Made by a program: the position numbers and the translations under genes
NCBI RefSeq assembly: GCF_041956535.1
Contig: NW_027192195.1
Location: forward strand, 832,785-896,784
Reading direction: 5' to 3'
Source of the DNA: Calcarisporiella thermophila CBS 279.70
Lineage: Eukaryota > Fungi > Calcarisporiellomycota
Length of the DNA stretch: 64,000 nucleotides
Notes under the pieces: model-generated
The model's database searches: none
What the model was told of the DNA's origin: nothing
The model's input: the letters and a program-made list of their open reading frames with translations, nothing else
Part shown: piece after piece, positions 42,101 to 55,276 of the stretch
How the letters are laid out: each line of letters begins with the position of its first letter
Numbering within the stretch: position 1 is the first letter of the stretch

Positions 42101-43795
42101 TAGCTAGGCCACTTCTATACCTACTTATATTTATATCTCCATTTTCAATCAAAACGCATCTTCGCGTCAATGCCCCTTGGAACAATAAAAGTCCAATCAA
42201 AGCAAATAACAATAAGAAAAATGCGATGAATATCATCACGTTAAGAAGTAGTGGGACGCTGATTTTTATCGAATTCAATATTGTCTATGCAACCTTTATA
42301 TTAGCGTGGCCTCAATTTTCACTTAGAGAATACACATGTACTTACCGACATTCCCTGCGTTAAAGCTAAAAGCTTCAATGGTCTCAATGCGCTTAATCCG
42401 CGAAATAAGGCTATTCGAGGCAAACTCGTCATTACCATGATGAAGTCTATCCAGTAGCACAACACCACAATGAAATCAAGCACATTAGCACCACTTCGAA
42501 GATACGCGGTATGAGCGATCTTATTTGAGGTCTGCTCATTCCCAGGCTGTTCAACCCGGTTCACGCCCGGGGTTGGCTTTCCTCCAGAGGCTCCAGACTG
42601 TTGGGAGACTAAACTGGTGTGGGACCCCGAAGGAGCAATAGTGGAAACTGTTGGATTGAATAGGAATCCATAGACTATAATGCGACAGACTGCCTCAATT
42701 CTAATGATTTTAAAATAGATTTAATAAAATTAGCCTCATCTCGAAAACACTCTATTGCTTACGTGTAAATTATATAAATAGCGAATTGCACATAATCCGA
42801 CCACTTCTTTCCAAATTCTGCTCGTTCAAGTGGATCATATATCGGTGATATTGAAAGAATAACCCAGTTGAGCAATATCATTAAAAAAATAAACGTCTCC
42901 GTCCATCTAAAAATATGTATATAAGTATAAGTGTAATGGGAGCACCTTAAGGTAAGAAGCACCTGTATTTTAAAAATCGGGCAAGAGCAACGCGAAAGCC
43001 GTTCTTGGGGCCGAATAAGAACAGCGACTTTCCTTGCAATACAAGTCCACTCGAATTTATATTACTGTCAGATAAATCTTGAGACTGGCTTACTGGGTGA
43101 TTTAATGGAGTTGGAAGTTCGTCTTGGAATCTAGTAACAGGTAATGGCGAAGACTTCTCTCTATCCAAAGATGCAGAATGGCTTTCAAGAATAGGACTTC
43201 GTGGCACGGACCAAGTTATGGACGCTTGCTTAGCGGCTGCCAGCTTATTATCCGGGATAGATAAGCTGTCTCGTGAAGAAGCCTTGGGAGTCACAGTTCC
43301 GTCCCCCGACTTTTCAGAATGCCCATCATAAGACAATCTGCTTCTTTTGCTAGAAATAGATGATGCATCGCCCGAAGAATAGCCCTCATTTCTGTTCAAT
43401 CTGACGACACGATGTGACACATCCCGCAAAATATGCGAGATATCCGAACCAAGTCTATTTGCCCAGTTCCCGGGATCCTCTTCTTCATCGTGTTCACTAT
43501 GTGTATCTGGTGGCCTATGATGTGATATTTCTGGTGCGGAATATGAATATCGAGCGCGTATATAGGGCCTTATTGGACTATTGTTTACGGGGGAGTGCGG
43601 ATGATGTTCGTTTTGGAAATGTAATGTCTGACTTCTGTTAATTTGATGGGTCGGGCTAAAAAATGCAGGGAAAGGGGTGGGCTGCCGCTCCACAGCTTCT
43701 AAGGGGAACCCCTCCTGCCCCATCGACTCGACGTCAGAGTCTACATTCCCGGAACTGGAAGCAATAGAATGCCGGGGCTCGCTATGACCCGACAT
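36107..43795 (-). CDS. CCH1: Four-domain (24-TM) calcium channel, Cch1/NALCN clade
   Basis: Four ion-transport repeats with pore loops SMELW, SGENW, ALEGW and TGENW, a III-IV linker LLTLEQAQW, and an EF-hand-like C-terminus (W..FDP.GTGYI). Confidence 0.92.
40566..40650 (-). other. U12-type (minor spliceosome) GT-AG intron
   Basis: The 5' site is GTATCCTTTT and the branch point is ACCTTGAC, about 25 nt from the AG. Removal restores FFILYYFVAH-HIVLSLFVAIVLENL. Confidence 0.88.
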
Positions 43796-45370
43796 GTCGA
43801 AGACAATGATGGGAAGAAACAGGAAAAAATACTCAAGAAACCAAACCGACTCTATCTCTTTCAGATGTAAGAAGCGAGCCTTGGATAATATGGAAGATAA
43901 TAATAACTAGTTTACTCTTTTCTATGCTGGTCTGTGTGGTGTGTATAGACGGGTTTCACCTAAACCCTGGTTAAGTAAAATAGAAATATAGAGCCAAAAA
44001 TCAAAGGGCAACACCTAAGTGATTTTTGAACTTGGACTTCATAATCCCCAAAAGCAACAAACAGTCACAGGTATTTACTAACGAAAAAACCATCAATGAA
44101 AATGAGATATCTAATCTAATTGGTCTATGGATAATCAAAGAGAATCTCAGGATAGCAAGCATTATGCGACAATCTAAGCTCTGTTACACTCTCCCGTATC
44201 CAAAACTCGCCTCAATAAAACATACAAGTTTGGTGAAGTGGCTGCTCCTTAATTTGCATCACAAAATCTCGCTGATGAAAAGTTAAATAAATCGACGATA
44301 CGTAATGCACGCATAAAAGTACGAGCTCAAACTCCATACTGCATAAAATCAAATATAGCCGATCGCGTTATAGATATGGAATAAGCTCACGCCACAAGGA
44401 TATTCATAGTAGAGGAATAATAACAAAATGAATATGTTGAAGAAGATCATTTATTTTCTTTTATTTTTGATCTTTTAGTGTATTCCCAACAAACACTCTA
44501 AAAAGGGTCGTGCAAAGAATCTAGCACAAAGTCAATAGTTATTTTTTCAAAGTTCCTTAGATATACATCCCTTCCTTGAGAGCTCAGTCAACTATTCCCG
44601 TCCTAGTATCTCCAACTACCTGACATTCCAATTTTGGATATCGGAATTTACATAAAGAAGTATGCGGAACCAGTTTTCCTTTTTGGCTCTGAATGATAGC
44701 TAATATACAGTAATTTCAGACAAAAAATTAGCAAAAATTACATCTGCATAACGTAGAAGTACCCAGAGTGATTTCTATAGCTCTCTAGCACTTCTTAAAC
44801 ACAGAGGTTCACCTATTGGAATTAGTTTGTGAAAATTAAAATACGAAAACATAGATTTGCAGCTTAGGTGAAGTAAACTAGTTTTATGAGCCTCAAATTT
44901 TGAGGTAAGATTTCTCGTGGCCATGTCAAAATACTGCAAGCAATACTTTGGTGGATATACCGTGGCTTATATATTCTCCATATATATAGAGAATACCTTG
45001 TTATACTCAAGTTGAATAATACTCCCATGAACTAAGCCGTGACCGGATAAAATAGCTTTCGAGATTGCCAATCTACCCTGATTTCTATCTGTATAGATCA
45101 ATGGGGACCAACAGAGCAGGATCAGAAGAATTATTAAATCTGAGGTCATCTGCAAAGAAAATGTGTATTCTCATAAGTATATGAAGTAAAATTATTCTTT
45201 TTGAGTTTCAAATTTGAGAATATTTCACAATTTGCCAATATATAATGATATACTCATTTAAATAGCCACCTTGATACATATTCTAGTAACTTAAGTATTA
45301 AATAACAAAATGGGATTTGCATCATCGGAATTCGAATAGCGTATATTTGCTCATCAGAGGTTAGATCAAA

Positions 45371-47234
45371 TCACTCAATCCATTGAAATTTTTCCGATAT
45401 GCGTCTATCTAAAACTTCTTCGACCTTTTCACGTACACCGCGCTTTCCATGACGTTCTCTAGTAAGTATATCAATTACTTTCTTACGTGAGGATTCTAGA
45501 GATCCTGCATTTGGCTCTAAGCGCATAACAGCATTGCGCACTTCCTCTTCGCTAGGAAGCGCAAAGTATGCGTGTGGATAAGAGAAAAAGTCAGTGGAAT
45601 TGAGAAGTTCTAGAGTGAAAGGCTTGGGCATATCGAAGAATATTTGAAGGATCTCGGGGGATAGGTCTTGTAAGGTTGGAGGATTCCAAGATGGGGAATT
45701 TGTTTTAGTAATTAGAAGTGAACTGACTCCTTCGTGAAAATCATGAGTGACCTAAATATAAATAAGAAGAAGATTAATACGTGGAATCGGGCTTGACACA
45801 GGTCTAAATAAAATGACCAAAAATTGTTGCGCAAGTCGATATTCCATCTTAAAGCACTCAGCGATACTCATCTCCTTTCCTCTTCTGAGCTGTTCCAGAG
45901 TTACCCTTAAACTCGTTGGTGACATTTGCAAAAGAGTATCTTTTGTCATTTTCGCAAATTCGGATGGATCTTCATCTAATGCTTTTACAATTTCTTCGAG
46001 ATTATTATGGCAGAAACACTTATCAATTATCTTGCGAATTTCTCCGCCGAGAGAAAAGTGGTGGTGGGGATCCGAATCTGCAACCTCTTCGATCGCGGCA
46101 TTAATGACGCCGTAATCAGAGGATTCAAGTTCCATCAATCGTTCTTCAAGGTCAGTTAGACTTTTAGAGGGAACAAAGTGAGAGGCTATACCAGCTCGGC
46201 TAAAAAAAGAGTTAAAATCAATATCTCTAAGAGAAAAAATTGCAATAATGACTTCGCGTACAACACATCTTCGCCCTTGAGCCTTGCCCCAGTCAGTGCT
46301 AGATAGGTGCCAAGCTCGCCGTCCATCCGAGGTAAGAAAAATGATCCCCCCACGTCAGGAAAAAAACCAATTTTCGTCTCAGGCATGGCGAATACCGTGT
46401 TTTCAGTTGCAATACGAAAGGGGGCATGTACGGAAAGACCGACACCTCCCCCCACTACAAAGAGGTAATATAATATTAATAATAGTAATCAAAAAAATAT
46501 CCCTATTCACTCAACTCGTTACTCCATCTAAAATGGCAACAAAAGGAGTCTTCAATGTCGCAATTAGATGATTAAGCTGATATTCTTCTTCAAAAAATCT
46601 AAGTGCTAACGGATCTTTCTTTTGAGCAAGCTCAATGACGCCTAATAAATATTGAATTTAATCAGGTGGCAATTCCATTGAACACACAACTTATACCAAC
46701 TCTTGACATCCCCGCCCGCACAAAAAGCTTTACCCGCTCCCTTCAATATGACCACATGGCATAAATCCGATAAATCCCAAGCCTAAATTCTAAAATATAT
46801 TAATCTTTGTTGGAATGAATATACACACGCTCGAACTAGCTTTGATACCTGAAGCTGAGGTGTCATGTTTCGTACCATGCTGAGATTAAGGGCATTAAGA
46901 GCATTAGGACGATTTAAAGTGAAAAAGCGGGCGCCGAGAATTTTCTGGTGTAGCACATCTGTCTTGTACACTCATAGGGTAAGATTATGCAATTCTTTGT
47001 TGAAAATTCAACCTACTTGTTCCGATTCATCCAGCGGGTTTGAACTCGTCGACATCTTGTAATGTACTTGTTAAAATTTACTATTTCTTATAAAAATGTT
47101 TGTAGTATACTTACGCGCATTTGGCTATTGTTCAGGATGCTAGTCAGCTGTTTAATTCGGTTCTCTGCTGTCATCCTAAATGAAAATGGTTTTGGAGAAG
47201 AAAGTAGGGTAGAATTACGCATAAAGCGGTACAT
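45371..47234 (-). CDS. EHD3: 3-hydroxyisobutyryl-CoA hydrolase, mitochondrial (crotonase fold)
   Basis: Arg/Ser-rich presequence, [57 protein letters not shown] and DFHEGV. Confidence 0.94.
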
Positions 47235-47388
47235 CCTTTGGAAAATAAAAAGATTCTAAGGATTTATTGATGCTTTTAACTCGCAATATAATACAAAAAA
47301 AAAAAATCACACCAAAACTCCTTGATTCGATCCATTTTCGATAATAATAATTTGTTACGTGGGAAATTACTATGTTAGAACTTCAATT

Positions 47389-50234
47389 TCATAAATTACC
47401 GGCGAGGGACGCGTTCATCATATCTAATGCTTTCTTAAACTGCTCAGCCAGCCCAGGTTGTTCCCTCAGCGCTTGCGGTATAAGTTCTCTCCACCATTGA
47501 TACCACTGTGTTACCTCTTCGAAATTAGGATGATGAGCAAGCCACGTCTGCAATATCTGAAGCCATTGAGGGAACATTTCATTTTCCAGTAATTGTGCCA
47601 GTAGCACGGGGGAAACCAGCTCCTGCCAGGCAAGCACCCACTTCAGCGGCTCGAGGTCTTGTTTACGAGGGTTAATGCGGAATTCATCGCGGAGTACAGA
47701 AGCGAGTCTGGGCATGATTGCCTTGATAAGTAGTAGCTCAAAGTCAGCGGGTTGAAAGACGGTATGCCATGGACGAAGAATAGAAAGTGCTTTTGTGTCT
47801 GACGGATGCCAGTTTTGAAGATATACGCTAAGTTTATGTCGGATTATGGCATAGAGTGGCTCCATTCGATCCTCTATATGGATGATATACGTTAAATCTT
47901 TAGTTAGGGGTGGGGAAGGGAAAAGGGAGAAGGAAAGGTGTTAATTTACCAAGGATAGGGAGCCATGGGTGAAGCCATCGGTCAATGTTCTGCTCTCTTC
48001 GCGGTTCCCAGTTGTTTACCTCGCGCGTTAGTTTGGGCATCACTAGTTGATCCAAAATGTTTTCATAAATAAATACTGGCAGCAATGGCGGCTGCCAGCA
48101 CTCAAGGAGCGTGATTACGGGCTCAAAATCTCGAATATCCCACTCATTGCTAGATAACAATTAAAAGTAATGAATACTTGGAACTTGGAAGATCAGGGCT
48201 AGCAATAAGGCTAAGGAAGGTTACTTACTTTATGGCTGATCTAATCTTTGGTAGCCAAATACTATACATCATGCTCTCAAAAGGGGTCATTAACTGAGCA
48301 TCTCTGAATAGATAATGATCGTTTGGCGTGAGTAAATGGCGCTCGTACAATAAACAAAGATATAGGCATACCTTTGTCGTCCAGGCACTTCGTCTAGATC
48401 CATCCCTAGCGGATCGTTCAGAATAGGTGTGGGTGGGTTGGTTCTGAGAAGAACTCGCCATTTCTGGAAGATATCGAGTGCGAGTGAGGGATCTTTGAGC
48501 GGCTCCCAATTGGCAAGCATCTGCTTTACCTGTCGAAGAGAGCATTAGAGTGAATAATGGGGCAAATAAACTTTTTAAAAAAAGGCTCTGGTTTCTTACC
48601 ATGGGCGCCATCACGCTTATTACTAGAGAATCTAAGTGATATGATTCGTATTCTTCCATATAGTTGGTAATAATTTGACTAAATGGCTCTTCAAACAAGT
48701 CCATCGAGGGAGCCACAGCTGATTGCGCTAGCTTACTGATTCGTTCACATTCCTTAGCAAGATTCTTTAACTCGGCAGTACGTTTGATTTCTATAAAAAA
48801 AAGGTAAGGTAAAGTATTCTTCACCAAGCTATTCTAAAAAGTGTCAAAACTCACTTCTTGCTTCATTAGAGATAGACGCTTGAAGTCTATCCCGTTCCAT
48901 CTCCATAAATTTCACTCGTTCTGCCTGAATACGTTTCTCACGTGTGAAGTTTTCAAGATCTGCCTGTGACATATCGACAATGAGACGCAAATTATGACGA
49001 AGCTCAGGTAAACGTGTCATGGTTTCAGGTGCCATCCATTGTGAGCGTATCTCGCTAACGGAGCCCAGCTCGCGAGCCTGTAAAAAATATAAAAATTGGT
49101 CAATTGTCTCTCAACCATATTTACGGTTATGTTACCTCTGGGCCTGTCATATCAATGATTCTGACTTGTGGTGCTATTTCTGGTTGTTGATCTGCCTCTT
49201 GCATAATTTCCTCCGCCGTCTTGTATTTAATTTTTGCTTTTGTTGCTCCAGCAGTTTTTTTCCATGCATTGGCCTTTGGTCTGACTGACACAAAGTGCTC
49301 GCCTTCATTCTCGTCCCCACTCACCTTTCCTCCTCTTCTCCTTCGCTCTTCTGCTAATGAAGACTTCGCTCTCTCCTTGGTGCTTCCAAACCCAATCCCA
49401 ACCTTTTCAGGACGAAGCTGGACTTCAATAGGGCGCGCAATTCCCTCTCCACTCGAACCGAGGCCTTGACCCTCGCGCCATCCCATTTTTTGTAACATTT
49501 TTAGACCAAATCCCTTCGTGTGCCGTGAAAACGCTGCAAAATCCTTCTCTACAGGAGGAGTTGCAGAGCCGTCCCGTGTGACACCGTTGCCTAATCTCTT
49601 ATTCGGGAGACGGGGTTTGTTGCGCTTATTCCCGAATTGCATTGTACGTAAAGTTTCCATGGAGGCATCTGAGCCAGGACTTGGGGTATCTGCTGGTCCT
49701 GAAGAAGCGAAGGCAGCTCGTCTACTCGAACTCTCGCCAAAACCTAGCCCGCCAGTTCTGACAAGGCGATCATGGTCCTCATCTGAACTGTAAGCATCCT
49801 CCTCATTAGTTGCAGATTCTTTTAATCCCCCAGAAACAAAGGAGACGCCCCTAGATAAAATATAATCCAGTGGTCATTTTCTCAGTCAATTTCGGCTGAA
49901 AATTTACAACGCTCTTACTTAGTCCAGGATGGTCTGTCGCTGAAGTCATCGTCAGAACGATCGGCAAAGATACCTAGCATAGCATCTTCTTTTGTAAATT
50001 TTCTTCGTTTTCTCTGATACCCACCTATGATCGGGCAAGATTGTTAAAAAATTAGAATGATTTTTCGTGTATTTTCTAGGCGTGTTGTTAGATAGCAGCT
50101 CAGTTAATCTTACCAAATCCTTCTGCATCCAGCGCAGCATCATGATCCATTATCTTGAAATCTTCCATTTCTCTGTCCACTTCCTCCTCAGAGGAATCAG
50201 CTGTGTCATTAATACCATATTTTTTTCGAGACAT
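47389..50234 (-). CDS. TFIP11: G-patch spliceosome disassembly factor TFIP11/Ntr1
   Basis: G-patch motif GFGLKMLQKMGWREGQGLG..GEGI..PI, PELRHNLRLIVD, and a GCFC domain (LPVFIYENILDQLVMPKL..W.P, IRHKL...WHPSD, NP..Q). Confidence 0.93.
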
Positions 50235-50967
50235 TGCTGTTAAAAGTTATTAAATTTGGTTTTTGGATCTCGGTATAGAATACCTTGAATGTGTGGCTTA
50301 TAAATTAATAAGATGGTAAAAATGTGTCGCCTTTGAAATGGGAGAAAAAAATTGGCATCTCAAAAGGGTGTCTTATTTCTGTGAGTTTAAGGCTAGTATC
50401 CTAAGTGCATTATATTATGCGTCAAGCTGTATGCTTCTTTCTTCACATGTACAGCGAGTTTCTATCGATTGGAAATAGAGAAATGAAGGCTCTTTAACAT
50501 TTCCTTCCAAAGAAAAATTATTCGTCCAGAGTATATTTAATATTTATATTGCAATTATACCCAATACACCTTGGGGCATGGGCAATACTCGATTTTTAAA
50601 TCCAGAAGTCCTTAATTTCAAATTATTGCTCTAATAGTGCTTGACAAAACTATGTGTGCTAATTCTCCCGCTATGATGAAAAGAAGCAACAGGGATGAGG
50701 GCTTAAGCTTAATATTAGAACACACGCGTTTTTCCAAGATGATCATCTATTACAAATTTCCAGGGGATGGCTTTACACAAGTATTTCCATTTTCTTAAAA
50801 GCACGTTACGGCAAGGAAAAATGAGCCAAGTAGAGGGAGAAAAAAAAAAAATAGTCGTCGCGATGTCTAAAAGTACACGAGTAAAATAAACATTAAAAAG
50901 TTTTCCTATGTAGAATATATGAAAAAGGGTTATTGCTCTTCATAGGGCGAATGATGTATGAAATATT

Positions 50968-51798
50968 TCAAAAAGTCGACCAGGACCAATCCAGCGGAAC
51001 AGAAGGTGTGGGGTTCACATGAGGGTCCACTGCATATCATGATTTATATTGAGTTCAATGCAATATCCTCGTAGAAGGCAAAATAAGATAACTCACCCAT
51101 ATATCGATTCACGTTTATATTTTTTGGTTCCGGACTCTTTCTTTCTCCTTCTGCAACCATTCCATTTTCTTCCTCATCCAATTTTCTTTCATTAATATTA
51201 AGTTCACTGTCAACTAAAGATGTTGGCTTATCATCTGCCTGAAGATCTAGGTAGCATCGATCACATACGCGACTAAGCTGCCCGCGCGGGTGTGGTTGAG
51301 CGTGCTGGTCGAGGGGGAAATATTTTTTGCAGTGTCGAGAACAAAATATATCGCCGCAGCTATGCAAAAAGTATTGAAAATATATGTTATTCACGTTAGA
51401 GGGGGAATGTGATCTTGACAATGTTCTACCGTCGACAGTGATGCCGCCGCTCCAGCAGCCAAAAATGCACTCTACAATACGGCATCCCACATTTTCGCGC
51501 CTCTGAATCAGGCTAAAGTGTGGACTCTGATTTAACTCTAGCAGTATAAAATCTAGATTGCATTACTTGCCTTCCAATGTTCACGTGAGGGTGGTCCGAT
51601 GATTTCTTCATTTGTATTATCATTCATGGCCTCGGGATCAACACCTTTCAACTTACTCGAATCTCGGCTACCTTCACCTCCCTCATTTTCCTCTGCTATC
51701 ACAGGTCTATCGCTAATATTAGCGTTTAAAGTCCCATAAGTTGGGTGTTGGGGCCTTTGTTTACGAGTGAGGGAGTAGATGTCCGTGTGGTGATGCAT
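50968..51798 (-). CDS. Small FYVE zinc-finger protein
   Basis: WKPD..C...C...RRHHCRRCGDIFC..C...RVCDRC, ending in PLDWSWSTF*; 3 introns, one of them GC-AG. Confidence 0.9.
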
Positions 51799-52176
51799 CC
51801 CTCAGTACACTGATGAAACGAGGCTAGATATTATGAAAAGAATCGAGGCAAAATTAAATGGGGATGACGTCACGGAAGGTATAATTTTAACATTAGATCC
51901 TTGATGGTGGTGAAAACGATTATTTGTCAGGGTTAATGGAGAAGTCAAAATAGACTTAAATACATAAGATGACGGGAGAAAAGGGAGGTACAGAATTACG
52001 CAAGATAACTGACAGATAAAAAAAAAATGGAGTAGGTGCCATAATAGGGGAGGGCTAAAGGAAAAACATAAGAAAAAAAGAAAAAAAAAAAATGCAATAA
52101 TATCGTGACAATGTATAAAATTTTATCAATAAAAAAGGAATTGGGGAAATTAAGAGCATAGAATTAGAAAATAAGC

Positions 52177-52920
52177 TTAGTGCGTCCTCTTGTGATACAT
52201 GTCGAGGGTAGACTATTGTAAAAAAAGGATGGTGGTGATAAGTAAAAGGAACTCGAGGCTATATCAAGCATATTAAAGAGGTACCTTGAATGGGTCGGAC
52301 ATCCCACCTGGACCATATCCACTGCTGCTCACCTCCTCTTCATCCCATCCACTACGCCTTCTTCTCCTTAAAAACTTCACGGCTGCAAATGCAACAGCAC
52401 CTAATACAATCACGCCCCCAACTGTAGAGACAGCAATAATGATAGCGCGTGTTCTTGACCCACTTGAATCGTCATTTGGACTAGGCACAAGCGAACCGGT
52501 AGGAGCAGTTCGGGTGCTAGTGGAGGAGACAGGAATCGTAGATGTGGGAGAAGTTGGGTTGATAATGGTGGTAGAAGTAGAGGTGGATGGAGTGGTGGGC
52601 ACCGGGCTTGTGGTTGAAGAAGGTGGGGCGCTAGATGTAACTGGATCCGAGGACGTTACCGGCGGGGAACTGCTAGATGGGGGATTCGAAGAAGTGGGGG
52701 GATCGGTTGTAACAGGGGGTGTTGTAGAAGAGGGTGGGGTGGTGGTGGGAGGAGGGGTCGTGGTCGACGGAGGTCTAGTAGTGGGGGGTTCAGGATCGGT
52801 GGGCCTAGGAGACGGCGAGGGCTGGTTAGGGGGGTTGTTGCCTTGGCGTTTCTCTAGAGCGCTCGCCCATCCTAGCAAAACTGCATATATGAACACTATA
52901 AGCACGAGTTTCAACTGCAT
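52177..52920 (-). CDS. Ser/Thr/Pro-rich single-pass membrane protein (Mid2/Wsc-like cell-wall sensor architecture)
   Basis: Signal peptide with a KR site, an S/T/P mucin-like stalk, a TM helix followed by RRRRR, and a final intron giving DPFK-STLDMYHKRTH*. Confidence 0.75.
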
Positions 52921-53456
52921 CGGGGCGGAAAAGTCTCCGGTAGTCGATTAAAGATTAGGCTTGTGAAGAACGACTGGAACTATTTGTTCGATACTGAACA
53001 GTGTGTAAAACGGAAATAAAAGAGGTTAAAACAGAGAGATAAAAAAAGCGGACAAGAGGCGGAAAATAGGGGCGGAGAAACAATTCCATGGAAAATGAAG
53101 AGGTATGATCAAGGTGGCTAAACTGCCCTCAAAAGAAATTCCATTGGTGCGCGCTCGATTACTTGCGATCATTTGATGTTTATATTAGTTCCAAATAAAC
53201 CAAAAAGGCAAAGGACATTCTTTCCTCCAAACCCTTCGTATGAAAAAGTGCTAATTTATATAAGCAAAAAAAATAAAAATAAAATAAAATAGAGTAAGGG
53301 GGATTTTAGAACATTAGACAAAGGTCAATCAGTACACACAGTAAGAGTAAAATAGAAGTTCAGGCAGAAGTAGAAGAGAACGTACAACTAGCATGCATAT
53401 ATATAAGAGGCCAAGACAAAAGGGCTTTGGATAGGGAAGTTTCGCAGAAGCTCTTT

Positions 53457-54361
53457 TTAACTTGCTTCGTTCAACCGCATCAATGTCAATACCGCATCCA
53501 TGGTGTGTTCCTTGTGCTCCTTTTCATCCGTCCCAGCGACAGCGTCCGCCTCGGGATTTGCGGCTGTATTTTCTGCATTTGCGTCCATTTTCTCGGCGGC
53601 CCCATTACTGTTGTCTCCATTAGCTATACCGTTCCGCCCACGAGCACTTTCTGTTGCCAGAGCGGCGGCAAGAGCCGCAACCATCAACCGGTCATTCTTG
53701 CCAGCAACCTGAGCCAATTGATGCAAGCGTGCCATCAAGGCATCCTGATTCTCGGTACTTGCCACGTTTCCACTGGAGGCCGCCTCTCCGCCTTCGCCGC
53801 TGTTAGTGATTCTATCTCCAGAACCTTCATTGCCCTCGCGCAAAAGGCTTTTCAATATCATATGACTAAAGCCGGATCTCTCGCCCTTTCCGTCCTCAGC
53901 GCCGTTCATCATATTTCCACCGGCAGAGAGTTCGCCGACTGAAGTAGGTGTAAGAGATGGAATACCCGAGTGTTGCGGTGTGTGTTGTACAGCTCCCTCG
54001 ATTGCTTGCCGGCGCCTCTCTTTGTCTTGACGCTTACTACGCCGCTTAGAGAATTCGGTCTCGATCCAACGACGTTTTTCCTCTGTGTCTTCTTTCCCGA
54101 AGATCTTATTCGCTCGCTTATTAACCCTGCATCGCAGATCATTGTCCTTGTCTATAAATCGATGGTTGTCAGCGATCATCCTTGATCAAGATTGGGGCTC
54201 CAGGGAAAAAGAGAAAACTTACTTCTTTCTTCATTCAATTCCCTCCAGCGCTTTTTTCGCTCTCGATTCTCTTGTCGAATTTTCTCAATGTCTATAGGCC
54301 GTTTAGAGCCGGTTAGATGCTCGCTTGTGTTCATTGCTCCGTTCTGAGCGACTGGCACCAT
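53457..54361 (-). CDS. DUF3020-domain protein
   Basis: IRQENRERKKRWRELNEERN-KDNDLRCRVNKRANKIFG...W...EF.KRR; one intron. Confidence 0.8.
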
Positions 54362-54879
54362 CCCAGGGTGTGCGGTCCAAGATGAAAATGAAGCGAAAAT
54401 AAGCACTAGATTCAAAGAGCCTACTTGAAGAGCGTCCCCTTTCTAAAATGTGTAGTTCAAAGCCCTAGTAAAAATGGACGGGGAGATGAGATTCAGAGAG
54501 AGCCGCTGGGGGGGATGGCGGATTCGGGGGGAGGAAACTTACTCTTGTAAAAGGTTGAGATGCAGATACTCGATTTCTCTGGAAATGGATCGCAGGATAT
54601 TTATCAGAGAACAGCGGGGGAGAGAGCGGTGGGGGAAAATGCCCTCAAGGCAATATCAACTGGAGAAAAAGAGGAAGAAAAAAATCCTCGGTGGGCGCGA
54701 GAGAAAAAAAAACATCGCAGTCCAGCAGGGGACAGGATTTGTGACCGGTGATTGGTTTAGAAGTCACAAGCCAAAACTAATAGGAAATTGATAAATTGAA
54801 TAAATCAAAAAATGCGGAACTTCCTATTCCCTACTTGAGAGGCGCGTACAAATGGGCCGCAGCAACTCCACGGCGGTTA

Positions 54880-55276
54880 GAGGGAGCGATTCTTTCATTC
54901 CACCGACGCTGGCTGCCGTTAACCCATCGATACGGCATGGAAGCCCACCCACCTCCAGTAAGCTAAGCTGCTACTGACTGGAGCTGACCGCAGCGCAAAG
55001 CTAAACTCCAAAAGCAAATCTCATAGAATTCAGCGGGTTCCTTGATTCAACAGTGCGGACGGACTCGGATCAGGAGGGCGCCGTTCCACGTAGGAGCCGG
55101 AGAATTCAAGCGCGCTCTCTCCAGAGATCATTCAGAGGACGCCTTGCCTTCGTGCAGAGACTCGGAGTGGCTGTTAATCCGCTTCTCAACCTAAATCGGT
55201 GGCCAAATCTTACCGGGGACGGATGAATTTGGGCAGTCAAGGCTTTTCAACCCTTCTCGGGTTTCGAGCTCGTTTT
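54880..55276 (+). ncRNA. Candidate unidentified structured non-coding RNA
   Basis: GC-rich block with several stems and a long-range helix, preceded by a motif and TATA-like box spaced as in the U1 promoter; no family recognised. Confidence 0.35.

Noticed and set aside
43900-45300. Short ORFs upstream of the channel gene (44026-44286, 44967-45155)
   Set aside because: No recognisable motifs or consistent splice structure; treated as intergenic.
23794-50234. Apparent clustering of RNA-processing genes (U1, pinin, LSM1, TFIP11)
   Set aside because: They are interspersed with unrelated housekeeping genes, which is compatible with chance in the absence of synteny data.
51865-51872. CRE palindrome TGACGTCA upstream of the FYVE gene (also CACGTG near 30994)
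   Set aside because: Single short motifs are expected by chance in 64 kb.
52286-52951. 221-aa Gly/Val-rich + strand ORF
   Set aside because: It is the antisense shadow of the Pro/Thr/Ser-rich membrane protein.
54975-55002. Minus-strand AGCTTTGCGC resembles the U4 snRNA 5' end
   Set aside because: No U4 kink-turn loop, stem I or properly placed Sm site follows.
55027-55240. Group I intron-like P/Q/R/S or RNase P/MRP P4-like words in the GC-rich block
   Set aside because: The elements are out of order or lack a complementary partner, so no family was assigned.
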